From Octopus vulgaris (taxonomy: Eukaryota), in assembly GCA_951406725.2 (NCBI GenBank), contig OX597819.1, positions 80,104,001-80,168,000 of the forward strand: a stretch of 64,000 nt of DNA, written 5' to 3'. Each line of letters starts with the position of its first letter. Position 1 is the stretch's first letter. The notes below the pieces were generated by a model. That model saw only the letters and a list, made by a program, of their open reading frames with translations. It was not told the DNA's origin and ran no database searches. Shown piece by piece: positions 41,977 to 57,150 of this stretch. A program made the position numbers and the translations under genes.

Positions 41977-43229
41977 GTGCGTGTGTATCCGTTTAAGAAT
42001 AATATAGTCATATACGTGTATATATGTCTAAGTGAACGGATGCGTAATCATGTATACGTTTATTTTTGCCTGTATATATATATAATATGTGTGTGTGTGT
42101 GTGTGTGTGTGTGAAGGCGTGTGTGTGTGTGAAGGCGTGTGTGTGTGTGAAGGCGTGTGTGTGTATGTATGAGTATATGTATGGTTGTACGCTTTCTAAC
42201 TGCGTGTATATATGTGCGTACTTCCTCTCTGAGTGTAATTGTGAATTTGCGTTTGTAAGCATCCGTACATGTGTCTATATATTTGACGCATCTGTCTACT
42301 GTGTGTATATCGCATGTATATAGCTATACGTTTGAAAGTGTCTATTTCTGAATTTGTCTCTATACTAGTATTGGCACAGGATGGTCCAGTGGTTAAGTAA
42401 TTCGCTTTGATTATTATTACGCCCTGTCTTCGACACCACTGTATGGCAACTTAAACTAATGTAGTGGTCATCCAGCATTCTTGTTTCAGACATAGTGTGT
42501 TAAGGGTGAATTGAATAATCTTAGAACTGCGTAAATGAAACAAATGGCAAAGTCATTGACACCAAACTTTTTGATCACGTCACATACTTTTTTGCTCATT
42601 TTTACCTTTTCCTCCGTATTTTGTCTCTTCATTGCACTTATGTTGATGGGTATGAGTACTTAAATCCATTTAGAAACTAGACTGCCTCGCAGTACGGTCA
42701 TGTAAACACAAACGATATTCAGTCCATTCTAGGTTGCCGAGCAGTGTGGGTGGTCACTAGAGTATGCTTTTGCAGTACAAGTAGAAGCTTCACCTAGTCG
42801 CTGATCCGAGTTATCACAGATCGATCCGTGATAAGCATAACATGGTTCATGATTAAGCGTACCGTATTATCTGGGATCAGTGATGACTGAATCAGCGATA
42901 AACGTGACCACATATATTATCTATTCTTTTTTGTTTATTAAGACAGTAGCAAGTGATTTAAGAATGAGTCTGCCACTGTTTGTGATGTTCAAGAAAAGAA
43001 AGGCTTCGACCGTTCCTCAGCTTTTGCTTTATTTCTTAGTCAACAATTAAAGAGCAGCGCCCCTGACCCTTCTCTTCAGGAGAGAGAACAACAGAATGAA
43101 CTCCTCTAAACCTACCCAAGCCCTCTGTAGTATTTAACTAAGCAGCGGTGAATTAATGAATTAGTGATCCGTGGCAAAGATGTTAATTGTGATAGTAAAC
43201 ATAAATATAATGGACATAGCATATGTGAT

Positions 43230-43495
43230 AGTGAAGACGCGTTGTGAAAAGATCCGGGTGTTGCATTTACTATCGCAAGATCGTGGCTTCGGTTTCCAGA
43301 CCGGTCAATGCGTGGTATGTTCTTGAGCTAAACACTTCGTTTCACGCTGTTCTGTGAGAACTCTGAGATCTGATGTGTGGCACACCATGCATCTGTACAA
43401 ATAATGTCTATTCGATGGAGAGAATGAGTTAATGTGCAGGTTGTTCAGTAAGAAATTGCGGAACCCTCACTGTCGTTCACAACAGGAGAGCCCAG
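43230..43495 (+). mobile_element. Old tRNA-derived SINE-F
   Basis: Similar to 59902-60210 (TGTTCTTGAGC..ACACTTC.TTTCACG..TGTGGCACACC.TGCATCTGT). Confidence 0.6.
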
Positions 43496-43592
43496 CAGAG
43501 ATATGTTGATTTGTAATGGTGGGAATGAGGATGCTAGTAATAGAAATGGTAGTTTGGGCTGTGGTGATTATGATGGTCTTAATGGTCAAGAA

Positions 43593-43945
43593 CAGTGGTT
43601 CTCACCTGGGAACCATGTGGCCCCTCTGGATCCGTACAAGATTTTTGGAGGTCCTTGCAACGAAATAGTAAATTGGGGATTTACAATAATATTTTAAGGG
43701 CTCCTGAAAAAATTTTGCTTTAGATGTTTCTATTAGTATGTATTGCAAGAAAGAGCTAGATTTCGTTCTCTACCATTTTATGATACATAGTTCAACCTAC
43801 ACAAGTTAATGTATGAAAAACAAAATAGGAATTTTGAAAGAAGTGTCTATAAAACTAGTTTTTAAGCATAGAATAGATATGTGGTCCACCAGAATAAGAT
43901 AGTAATCAAAGGGATCCATAGATAAAAAACGGTTGAGAATCCCTG
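43593..43945. mobile_element. Non-autonomous hAT (Charlie-type) MITE, 353 bp
   Basis: TIRs CAGTGGTTCTCACC / GTTGAGAATCCCTG; 8-bp TSD GTCAAGAA / GTCTAGAA, fitting the NTCTAGAN preference of Charlie-type hATs. Confidence 0.85.
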
Positions 43946-46419
43946 GTCTAGAATGTGAGAGTGGTGTGACGCCTATATCCACTTAATGTTACTAGATTTA
44001 TGTAAGGTGAATTCGAATACGGTGTAATCTTTACAAAAATTCATAAGAAATATACCCGCACAGAATAAATGTGTTATTAATTTGAACGCATCATACTGAG
44101 TTCCTGTTATAGTGGCAATCAAATTTGACTAGCATGATTAAAGTTTGCAGCGTATTGTAAAGACTCAACACGTGTCTGTAATGCAGTGTGTGAGTTTCTG
44201 TGTTAAAATCGAATGTGTATGTGTCCTTCAAAGCTTACACTCACAAGAAGCACACACATATACTAATATAAATAAACCCATACACACACACACAAACGTT
44301 CTCATGTACAAACTCAAACAGACAACCAAAAACTCAAGCATATGCTCATACGTACATATACACATGTATATATGCGTGTGCGAATGTTTTGTCTGCATGC
44401 GTATGTCTGTGTGTATAGAAAATTAAGGAATTCTCAAAGATAATAACAACAACTAATTATTAGCTTTTTTTATTTCACAAAAAGCGAGAGACGATAGACC
44501 CATTCCATTTGTAATGATAGAATAATTCAATAATGGTTGGATAGAACATGCATTTTTTAAAAAAGAAATAATAATTGTGAATATGGATTAAAAGTACTAC
44601 ATAAATATAGTGAAAATTACATGTTCCTTCATACAATACACATGTCGTAAAAAGTGTTCATATATTTTTTCTTGTAAAGTCAAAAGTATAATCCAATGTT
44701 GCCGAAATACATTAAATGAATGTTTTTTTCACAATGGACTCAAATTAATAGAAAGAATCTGATTTTACACTGATGACAATGGCAATTTACAAATAATTCC
44801 TCATTCAGTTTAATATGTGTCGTGATTTTAAGACAGTTGAGAGGAGAGCCGATTCTGCTCTCTGCAACTGCTTCTTCGTTGGCTGTGGTTAGAGAACAGA
44901 TGTTTGTTCTTTCCTGTTGAGAGACGACGCAAAAGTGATTTAAGAGAAGGCGGAGAGAAGAAAGAGAGGAGGAAAGCGAAATAAATAGTTTGCCCATAGC
45001 TATCGACAGCTGAATGAAAGAGCAAAGACGAAAATTCTTTTTGAGTTTCCTCCTTATGGTTAGAAAAGCTTACAAATGCAAACCTGTAATTGGCTTAGAT
45101 AAAACAAGCTATAACATGTTACCTATTATATGAAAAGTTCAATGAAGTGGCTACATTCACACCTTCAAGATATTGCTGAGAAAATAGAATGAATGCACAA
45201 AATAGTAACAGAGTCTGCATGACATGTGCACAGGATGCAAATAATTCTGCATAGTGTTAAGCAAATTGCAAATTGGGATCTGCAATTATACGTGCACACA
45301 CGCATAATGCCTTGCAAATTGCTTGGTTGTTTGCATGCAAGTGAATCTTTAAAACAAAGAACTGAGCATGTGTTTTCATACCACTGAATCTGCAGACTCA
45401 GGAAGTTAACAATGTCAATGGCATTTTGAAAAGAATGCATATATCGTCAACGGTTATAACAACACATGCTCTTAACAAATCCTCATTTTGACAGACAAGT
45501 CGAAGACTGTTGGTTGCAAACACTGCATCTTTTTCATCTTCAAACTAAGTTGTTACGTGCATTATACTTGTATTCATGTCAGTGTGTGTATGTGTGTGTG
45601 TGTGTGTTTGAGTGTGTTTGAGTGAGTGTTTGTGTGTGTGTGTGTGTGTCAGTGTGTGTGTGAATGTTTGAATGTGCATATGCGTGATGTAAAACAAATT
45701 AGAATTGATTCATACGAAATGCACCCGTGAGAAAGACAAATTATTGGGTGGTAAGACAAAAATAAAAAGTTAAAACAAAGTTTAAAATTTGAAATGATTA
45801 ATTATGACTTTAAGAACAAAACAAAAAGTAAACAGTTCTATTTCTTAATGAATTAACGGGATATAAAATCTGTCCAATAGTTATCCTGTTTACATAGAAA
45901 ACCAATAATTAAAATCGCAATTCCTTCGTCTTTCCTTTTCTTTTCTTTCGTTTTCAGGAGACGCTATGTGTTCGCAGTGTAATGTGAATTCTAGACACAT
46001 TCATTGTAGCTTCTGTCATTGCTGTCATTATTGAATTGTCTCGTATGAGAGATGTGTGTACTTGTGTGCCATTGGTGACTTGGTCAATGATCTCCATTAC
46101 GTTATCCGGACAGACTTGTGACTGCAGCATCTAAGTTCGTACTTTGCTGCTAACTCTAATTTAAGTGAACAATGACAGAGGCAAAAAGTGCAGCCATTGC
46201 TCTCATCCGTGTCAGAAAATGTAGGCTCAAAACAGTGGAAAACAACGAGCTAAGATATTAGTCCTTAGAGTTATAGTGGAAATAATTTTAAGCATACCGG
46301 GCGGCAGAATAAATAACGTGATGTGGGACTTCGTGAGAGTAGTAATAAGTTTGAGCTTATCGTAAATAATGTCGTTAGATCAAATGCATCAGACATTGAA
46401 GAACATGAAAAACAAACAC

Positions 46420-46750
46420 ACTGTTTATCATTTCAGTCATTAGACTGCGGCCATGCTGGAGCGAGCACCACCTTGAAGCAAATTGAGTCGAATGAATCGA
46501 CCACAGGACTTATTTTTTACAGCCTGGTACTCATTCTATCGGTCTCTTTTGTCCAACCACTAATTAGTGGGGACCTAAACAAACGAACACCGGTTATGAA
46601 GCAGTGGTGGGTCGGACGCACACCACACACACACACACACACGCACACACATACAAACACACATACAAACACACACACAATCACACACACATACACACAC
46701 ACACATAACCACTTACGACGGTCTTTCAGTTTCCGTTTACCAAATCCTTT
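46420..46750 (-). mobile_element. SINE-A 3' two-thirds
   Basis: CAGTCATTAGACTGCGGCCATGCTGGAGC...CTTTCAGTTTCCGTTTACCAAATCC. Confidence 0.8.
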
Positions 46751-47039
46751 CATAACTCCTTAAACACATTAAGCTTTAGTCCAATCAAAACAAAAAAGTA
46801 TTGCTTTAATCATAACTGTTCCTTTTGAAATATGGCTAGTTATTCGAGAGTGGAGAGGCACAAATTCTTGAAAGCAAAGGCACTCATTCAGATAAAGCAA
46901 TGATAAATTATAAATCAGTATTTCTGTAATTTAACATACGAACTAACATATTCGCTCTTATTGACACTAAATGTTTCCAACGATGGGAAAGCCTCAGAAG
47001 ATGACAATAGCTTCAAACATTGGACCACAAGCATGGACA

Positions 47040-48460
47040 GTTATCGTCTGTGATGCTTTAGATCAGTCATGGACAAACGTATTTCCGCAGGGCTTTCTGA
47101 AAGACATGACTAACAAAAAAATACATTGAAAATACTGAAAAACTTCTTTTCACTAATCCAAAACCACGGAAAAGACATAAAAAATAGACTATTTAACAAA
47201 CTTTAAATGTAAATCCAGCCTATTCTATGGTCTACCCAAAATTCACAAAAGCCAAACTATAAACGAAGCCATCAAAAAGTCACCAAAGGCATACATATAT
47301 ACACCAGCACCAGGAGACCTAAAATTACGTCCCATTATAGCTGGATCATCCTGTGAAACACACCGATAAAGTTTCCTCAAGAACATCTTCCTGAAATCAT
47401 TTCTAAAATACATCAAAAGTTATATTAGATATGTTAACTCCCCTACCAGATAAGGTTTAAGAAGAAACAGTCATGGTTACATTTGATGTGACAAACCTAT
47501 ACACTAACATAACCCATGATTATGGAATATAAGAAATACCAGAACGGCTCAATAAAGAATTCATAATCGAATCAATAAGATTCATCCTTCAAAACAACCA
47601 CTTCATGTTCGACAGCACAGTTTATCGCCAAAAATCTGGAATTGCCATGGGAACCTGGGCAGCCCCAACCATTGCCAACCTAACAATGGGCTATTTAGAA
47701 ATAATATATCAGGATTCATTTTCTAAATTTGGAAACCCTCTCTCCCAATACATGATAGAAAACTGGAAAAGATTTTTGGACGACTGCTTTATTTTCTGGA
47801 ATGACAACATAGATAAACTTTTGGAATTAAAAAGTCGAACACAATAACACACCTACTCTGAAAACACTAGCTTTTGTCTCCACATACAGCTCCAGAAACA
47901 AAGAAGCATTTAACATTATTGTCCAAAACCTCCCAATACTCCATAAGGATCCTAAACTGAACGAAATTCTACGAACCCATAAAATCATTAAAAGCAGTAA
48001 ACAACCAAAGATACTAAAGAAGATCCTCACAGATACTAAATTAATCTCAAGACTAACGGACGCAAGAGAAGAAGGTGTGGTCGTCCTGAGGAACATTCTC
48101 AATCTTTTCGATGGATAAGAATTCCAGTTTAGACATGGGTAAAAATTCAAAGTTAAATCCAAATTCACTTGCGCCTCTGAAAAAATCACATATGTAATCA
48201 GACGCTCGGGCTGCCATAAAAACTATATACGGTCGACAGGAATGCTGTGCAGATGAAGATGAACAGTCCACAGACAACAGATATCCTCCCCACTATATCA
48301 CCAGATATATCTCAGTGAACACATTGACAGATGTGCAGAACAACTGCAACCACATTTCTTAATCTTCCTGTTATATCAATTTGCTATTTGGAGCTCAACA
48401 CAAGTGCAACTAGATAAAGAGACCTTATTTATCGAAAAATATAAGCCGAAATTAAATATA
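47040..48460 (+). mobile_element. Decayed PLE with reverse transcriptase and GIY-YIG remnants
   Basis: FYGLPKIHK (~47223), LRPII, FDVTNLYTNI, QKSGIAMG, WKRFLDDCF (47605-47847), FTCASEKITYVI..GC..NYI (~48163) and EKYKPKLN (~48455); many stops and deletions. Confidence 0.92.
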
Positions 48461-48609
48461 GACCCATGTTGAAAATTAAACGTTTGCCCCACCATTGTAA
48501 GAATCAAATGTAGACCAATATTAAAAATTACAGATTTACTTTCCCTTTACTGAAAAATACCTTATCAAGTACCCCTCATAGCAAACAAAAAGTCTAATTC
48601 AGAATTTCA

Positions 48610-48660
48610 TCCAAGACTCAAAATTTGAAAAGCGATAGCGAAACCGGTTATTATGTTGGA
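48610..48660 (+). ncRNA. Minimal type-I hammerhead motif with U3-A8 core covariation, in the PLE 3' terminus
   Basis: UCCAA gacu CAAAAU UUGAAAA GC-GAUA-GC GAAA CCGG UU AUUAUG UUGGA. Stem I has 5/6 bp plus a 5-bp extension; stem III is the palindrome ACCGGU. Confidence 0.65.
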
Positions 48661-48770
48661 AGAAGAAAAAAATCTTATTTTGTACAATATTGTATAACAC
48701 TTTTGCTATTTTCGTTCTAATATATTCTTTAGTCTTGTAAAACAAATCTGTGGTTTTTCATCTTATTTCT

Positions 48771-48822
<52 letters not shown>

Positions 48823-49047
48823 TCGCGCTCGCACACACATAATCTTGACGAGAACTAATAAAATTGAATATAGTCAGGCCACATAAAATAAGGATTTCAG
48901 ATTTAGAAGTCTGATGTCTGAGAGTCAATTATTTAATCCGGACCATAAATTCAAGTAAACTATCTATCTAATACACACACACAAATATTTATCATACACA
49001 CGCAAACTCACACACAGACGCACACACACATACACCCCCTACACACA

Positions 49048-49432
49048 GTTATAGCTGTTGTTGTTTCTTCATCTTCTTCTTCTTCTTCGTGTTTATTAGG
49101 TGGTATGATTTCTTGTTTGTATTTGTCAGCTTCCTTAAATACTGAGAACAGTCTTTTGTTTTGCTCGTGTTTTGCTGCTATCTGGATCAGTTTTCCTTCC
49201 TTCTGAAGTAGATATTTTTGCAGTCCTATGGTGGTTATTTTATAGTAGTTTTCCAGTTGTATAAGGCCTCTACCACCTTCTATACGTTGTATATATAGTC
49301 TTTCTATGTCAGATTATGGGTGATGCATCCTAGATCCTGTCATTATTTTTCTTGTTTTCCTATCTATTTTGGTCAGTTAATTTCGTGTCCAGTTAAGGAT
49401 ATTGTAGCTGTAACTTATAACTGGGACAGCTA

Positions 49433-49436
<4 letters not shown>
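49048..49436 (-). mobile_element. R4/Dong-type non-LTR retrotransposon fragment (post-RT region), not in the ORF track
   Basis: Manual translation: TLAVPVISYSYNILNWTRN*LTKIDRKTRKIMTGSRMHHP*SDIERLYIQRIEGGRGLIQLENYY...; the 5' end merges with (TAA)n. Confidence 0.85.
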
Positions 49437-51217
<1,781 letters not shown>

Positions 51218-51235
51218 GTTGTTGTTGTTGTTATT

Positions 51236-51757
51236 GCGTGAGAGAGCAGTGCATGCTATTAAAATGACACTGAGGAAAAATATACGAAGCCCAGTATACC
51301 CATCATGACTACCCGTCTAATAAGGGTACACTAGGCACATGCATCACAACCATATGTACGCATCACAACCAGTACATGGCCTTGCAGGAGGGGCCCAGTT
51401 AAATTTTCTTCTGGTCGAGTAGCCCATCCCGCTCAAAAGGACCTTGAATAAGGGTTGCTTAAGGATGGGGAATGAAACACCCATGTTTCCAGAGGTGAAT
51501 AATTCAAACCCCAAAGGATCTCTCTCAACACATGGTTATGATGCTCTCCCACAACTTCTGCTCGTGACCAGAGATGCACATATCGTCAGCCACTAAGGGA
51601 CATGCTCAACTGGTTAAGGTCAAGCAACTGACAAGCAAATCTTTTGTATCGAGCAGAATATTTGCTGTAGCCTATCTTTTATACCAAGACAAAACACTGT
51701 AAATGATAACACTTCCAATCAGTTAAGATCAGAAGCCATGGGAAGCACTGCTTGGTA
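51236..51757. mobile_element. Unclassified ~520-bp element embedded in (TTA/TTG)n
   Basis: GC-balanced non-coding block with sharp microsatellite borders; recalled as a common octopus repeat, not verified. Confidence 0.5.
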
Positions 51758-51781
51758 GTGTTGTTGTTGTTGTTATTATCA

Positions 51782-51872
<91 letters not shown>

Positions 51873-51894
51873 CATCATCATTATTATTATTATA

Positions 51895-51950
<56 letters not shown>

Positions 51951-51972
51951 CATCATCATTATTATTATTATA

Positions 51973-52031
<59 letters not shown>

Positions 52032-52053
52032 CATCATCATTATTATTATTATA

Positions 52054-52130
<77 letters not shown>
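51758..52130. repeat. (ATT)n with higher-order 78-81 bp periodicity
   Basis: (ATC)3...ATA marker blocks at 51871, 51949 and 52030. Confidence 0.9.
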
Positions 52131-52132
<2 letters not shown>

Positions 52133-52843
52133 GCACATATTCACAAACTCTCACACATACATATACACATACACACATACACACATTTGTGTGTATGTGT
52201 ATATATATATATATATATATACGTCGTCATTAGCTCTCTTTGTAACTGTCTAAAAGTGAAATGTTCATGTCAGTCAATCTCTGCCTTTTACACTGTAGAC
52301 GTGCGGCAACCATTACGTAAAGAAATAAGCTGTAGAAAGAACACAGCGCTGAGACAAAGTTCTCGGACTTCTTACGTTTTCCAGCTACCACCACCGCCAC
52401 AACCATCATAACAACCATCAACACGACCGCCATTTTGAATCAACTGACTTCCATTTTGCTTATGGCTTGCCAGTCAATTTGTCATCATGCCGATAGCAGA
52501 AAGATTAATTAAACTCCATCAATGATGGTTTTGGTGATCTTATGTTATGTTGATAGCAACCAATAGTAGAATGCATGAAATACTGTCCATCAAAGTCTAT
52601 TCTAGGTAAAACTGATGCTGACAGCGAGTAAACTACCTTGCACAGTTTCATATTTCAACGGCAAACCTGTCTACAGAGTAGATTGGTTTACTTAGACCGA
52701 AATCACATTTTTGTCACACACATTCTTTCATTTACAATTGTCTAAACATATATGAGTAAATTGTCGATGGGCGTGTGTATGCATGAGTGAGAAGACGGCT
52801 CTCTGCTCACCATTTACACACACGTATGCACACACTAACCCAC

Positions 52844-52914
<71 letters not shown>

Positions 52915-53244
52915 TATACTCACACATATGTGTATGGGTATATGCATATATATGTATATATACATATATATATACATATATGTATAAAATTTATTAATAT
53001 ATATATATATATATATGTGTATGTATGTATACACGCACACATACACACTCATGTGTATGTATATATTTACACATACGTCATGCATGCAGGCACATTTTGT
53101 AAACGGTGTTACAAAGACGTGCTCTAGTGCAAATATGTTGTATGAAGGTTAACTATTGTTCCATCTTGGCCATTACCAAGTGTTCCATGGCAAGGTTACT
53201 CTCAGGCGGCATTTTAAAAAGAAACATTTTGTTTAGAATGCCAA

Positions 53245-53318
53245 TGTAGTAGCAGCAGCTGTAGTAATAGGAGCAGTAGCAGCAACAGCAGTAGTTGCAA
53301 TAGCAGCAGCAGCAGCAC

Positions 53319-53376
<58 letters not shown>

Positions 53377-53440
53377 GGTGGTGGTGGTGGTGGTGGTGGT
53401 GGTGGTGGTGGTGGTGGTGGTGGTGGTGGCGGCGGCGTTG
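53245..53440. repeat. (GCA)n-(GTA)n-(GTG)n compound microsatellite
   Basis: Direct reading. Confidence 0.95.
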
Positions 53441-53449
53441 GCGGTGTCT

Positions 53450-53950
53450 TTCGTTTGGAACAGATGATATTTACCTGTATCGAGTTCAAATCTCGTCAGG
53501 AATATCTGTACCTTTCTCCCTTCTAAGGTGGATAAAATTAACTTTTGAATCAAGTACTACAGTCAAATCAATCGATTTTACTCTAATCCCAGATTTGTCG
53601 CCTTACGCCAATGTTAAGTATTACTATTCATAATAGCAACTTCTATCATGGGTACGCAGCCACAAATATAAAGTTTAAGGGCAGGCGTTTAACGAAATCG
53701 ATAGGTGACCTGGCATAATGCCTTGTACCAGTACATTCTGAATCCAAATCCCACCTAGGTCATCTTCGAATTCGTTCCTTCTGAAATAAATAACATCATG
53801 TAGCTGTCTAAAACTGTTGGTTCGAAGAGTTGTTAGAGGGTCGGAAAAATTCTTACAGTATTTGTTCTGGGTCTTAGTCTTGAGTTCAAATTTCGTCCAT
53901 CATTCCAGAGTCGATAAGATAAAGTGCAATCAAATACAGAGATTGATATA
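53450..53950 (+). mobile_element. Highly diverged SINE-B relics (about 3)
   Basis: Repeated GAGTTCAAAT.TCG..CA and G..GATAA.AT motifs. Confidence 0.45.
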
Positions 53951-54218
53951 TTCGTTGGTATATTTTGTTTTTCTGTTCACTGCACATCAGAAACATTTGT
54001 GACTTCAAATAGTTTTCCTTGGATTCGCTTTTCCGAGAACAGTTGTTGCCATCTGTATTATGAGCGCATGTGGCATGAGGCTGGCGAAATTTTTTTAATA
54101 ACTGTTGCGTTAGAATTTGTAGTGAAAACTGATGCAGGTATTTTCGGTGGTGACATTCACTGATGATGGTTGTGATGTCCCTGTGTCAGTTATGACTATA
54201 TTAATGCTGCTGTAAGTC

Positions 54219-54317
<99 letters not shown>

Positions 54318-54377
54318 TACTATTACTATTATTATTATTATCATTATTATCATTTTTATTTTTATTACTACTACTAC

Positions 54378-55287
54378 TACATCACTCCTTTTCGATTCAC
54401 TAAAGCGGATCTTTGTTTCTTCAAACCTTGGTTCAAACGTTCTAATTGCTGACAGTAGACTTGAGCATTGATTGTTTCATTAAGTGGTAACAATTTAAAG
54501 TAAATTACTCCTTTGCAATCCCACCAGATAGAGAGAAGAAACTTTTTCCCATGAAGTTCCCTCCTCGATTGTGTTTGACATTTTCCCCTTTTACCAAGCC
54601 ACTGTTTACGACGTTTATCATTTCGATAGAAGATCCATTTTTCGTCACCAGTCACAAGTCTATCCAAAAAGGGGGAAATGAGTTTGCGAGAATGGAGAGA
54701 AGAGCAGATGTCAACTCGAGATTTGCGATTACTTTCGGACAATTCATGAGGCACCCATTTTCCAAGTTTAGGAAACTTTCCAAGTTGTTGAAGATGATGA
54801 TGAACAGTTGTATGGTTTGAACTTAATTTTATTGCCAATTAGTCAACTGATAATGCAGGATTTTCTTCAAGTAGTGCCTTAAGGAGGTTATCATCAAACA
54901 CAACTGGACGTCCTGTTCGATCTTCATCTTTAAGGCTGAAATCTCCACTTATGAATTTTGCAAACCATCTTCTGCAATTTCTTTCATTCAAGCATTCTTT
55001 CTCATAAACTGAGTGTATGTTTCGAGTCGCTTCGTCTGCAGAATTTCCTTTTTTTGTATTCATAAAGCATTATGTGCCTCAAATGCTCTTTGGATACTTC
55101 CATGTTAGAAAGGGTTTTAATCAAAGAAATTTAAATCAATTATTCTGTAAAACAATATTTAATTAATTTAAATGTACACAAATGCATAAAAATAATTTTA
55201 AATTCCATTGTACATTCTAAAATACTATTAAATTTCATTCAATTTTAAAAAAGGTAAAATCGGACAGAACTTATGGGATGACCTGAA
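54378..55287 (-). mobile_element. Mariner (DD34D-type) transposon, 5' TIR plus transposase pseudogene, 3'-truncated
   Basis: ATG at 55103 (MEVSKEHLRHIML), +1 frameshift in the A-run near 55050, stop at 54839-54841; WF..F..GD.SL.D..R.GRP, WVPHEL and TGDEKW motifs; ends just before the expected HDNA motif; TIR-like TCAGGTCATCCCATAAGTTCTGTCCG at 55261-55286. Confidence 0.93.
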
Positions 55288-55289
55288 AT

Positions 55290-55862
55290 TTAGTTTTGCA
55301 CAAAGTATTGTTCTAGAAAAAAGTTTAAGAAAACATTAAAAAATTATAAGTTTGTTTTAAAATTTAGGATTACATAGACAGTATTTTACGTAGAATATGG
55401 GCAGTTCTCATGAGCACTAGTTTTTGAATTTCTGCCATTTTTGGATCTCCTGGCATCTGAGTTTGGTAACAATCAGCCCCTTTTGCTATCATTCCTTGGG
55501 CACCCATGACAACAAGTATTATTTTACTCTTGCGGTTCCACATTTTGCCGATTTCTATTTCAAGGTCTTTATACTTGTTCAGCTTCTGGTAGTTCTCGAC
55601 AGATATATTTATGCCGATTGGGACAGTCATATGGATGACGAGGCATGTTTCTTGTCTGAAGACCATCAATATAATGTCTGGCCTATTAGCATCTACCTTT
55701 CTGATATTTTGAACGGTGAATTTCCAGAGGAGTAAGATGCGGTCATTTTCAAGCACTGGAGGTGGTTTCTGTTCGCACCGGTTTTTATCAAAGAGCAGGT
55801 CCAAATTTTTGCAAGTTACCCATTGAATATACTGTGCTGCTCTGCTGTTGAGATGCTCCGTA
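55290..55862 (-). mobile_element. R4/Dong-type restriction-like endonuclease C-terminal fragment
   Basis: ORF 55370-55891: VLEND..LLW.F..ANRPDI...VP..NI..KY.DL..EI..MW...VV.GA.G...IQK.VL..TA.ILRK.L; 5' end abuts (TAA)n. Confidence 0.9.
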
Positions 55863-55887
55863 GGCGCTATTATTATTGTTATTATTA

Positions 55888-56026
<139 letters not shown>

Positions 56027-56589
56027 TGGGCCTTTGTGGCCAATAAATGAAATCATGTATTTAATTGTTTATTTATTTTGTGCTTAATGGATGTATTTGT
56101 GGCTTTGAGAGGAGGAATGGATGTGGATATGGTAACTGTTGCCGATGGTTAAATTGGTGATAGCAGTTGAAAGTGTACGAAATGTTGCTGGAATTGGTGG
56201 TGCCAGTGTCAGTTATGGCCATATTGATGCTATTGTTAGTAAACGCAATAGTAATAGAATTGGTCATGTTGGTCATGTTGTGAGAGATGATGATGAGGAG
56301 GAGGAGGAGGAGGGGGAGGACGGGGAGGACGACGAAGAGGGGAGGAAGTTGGTGGTGGTCATCGTCATGACTGTGGTAGTCGCAGTGCAAAGGAATGGAG
56401 AAAATGAAGACGCTGCTGTTGATGCTGGTGATGGTAATGGCATTGGTGAGTGGTGATTGCGTTGATGTTGACGTTGATGTTGGCGACGGTGGTGATGATG
56501 GAATTTGCGCTGCCAGTACTGAGTTTGTGTCAAATTAGGTTAGATTAAGTTAGTTTCGTTTGTAAGTGACAGTTACTCAGACACAAGCA

Positions 56590-57150
<561 letters not shown>

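Noticed and set aside
42111-42160. Three 18-bp units GTGAAGGCGTGTGTGTGT
   Set aside because: Slippage duplication inside (TG)n; similarity to the SINE-C start is too short to interpret.
51705-51735. ATCAGTTAAGATCAGA, faintly like U2 snRNA stem IIa
   Set aside because: The match is too short and the rest of U2 is absent.
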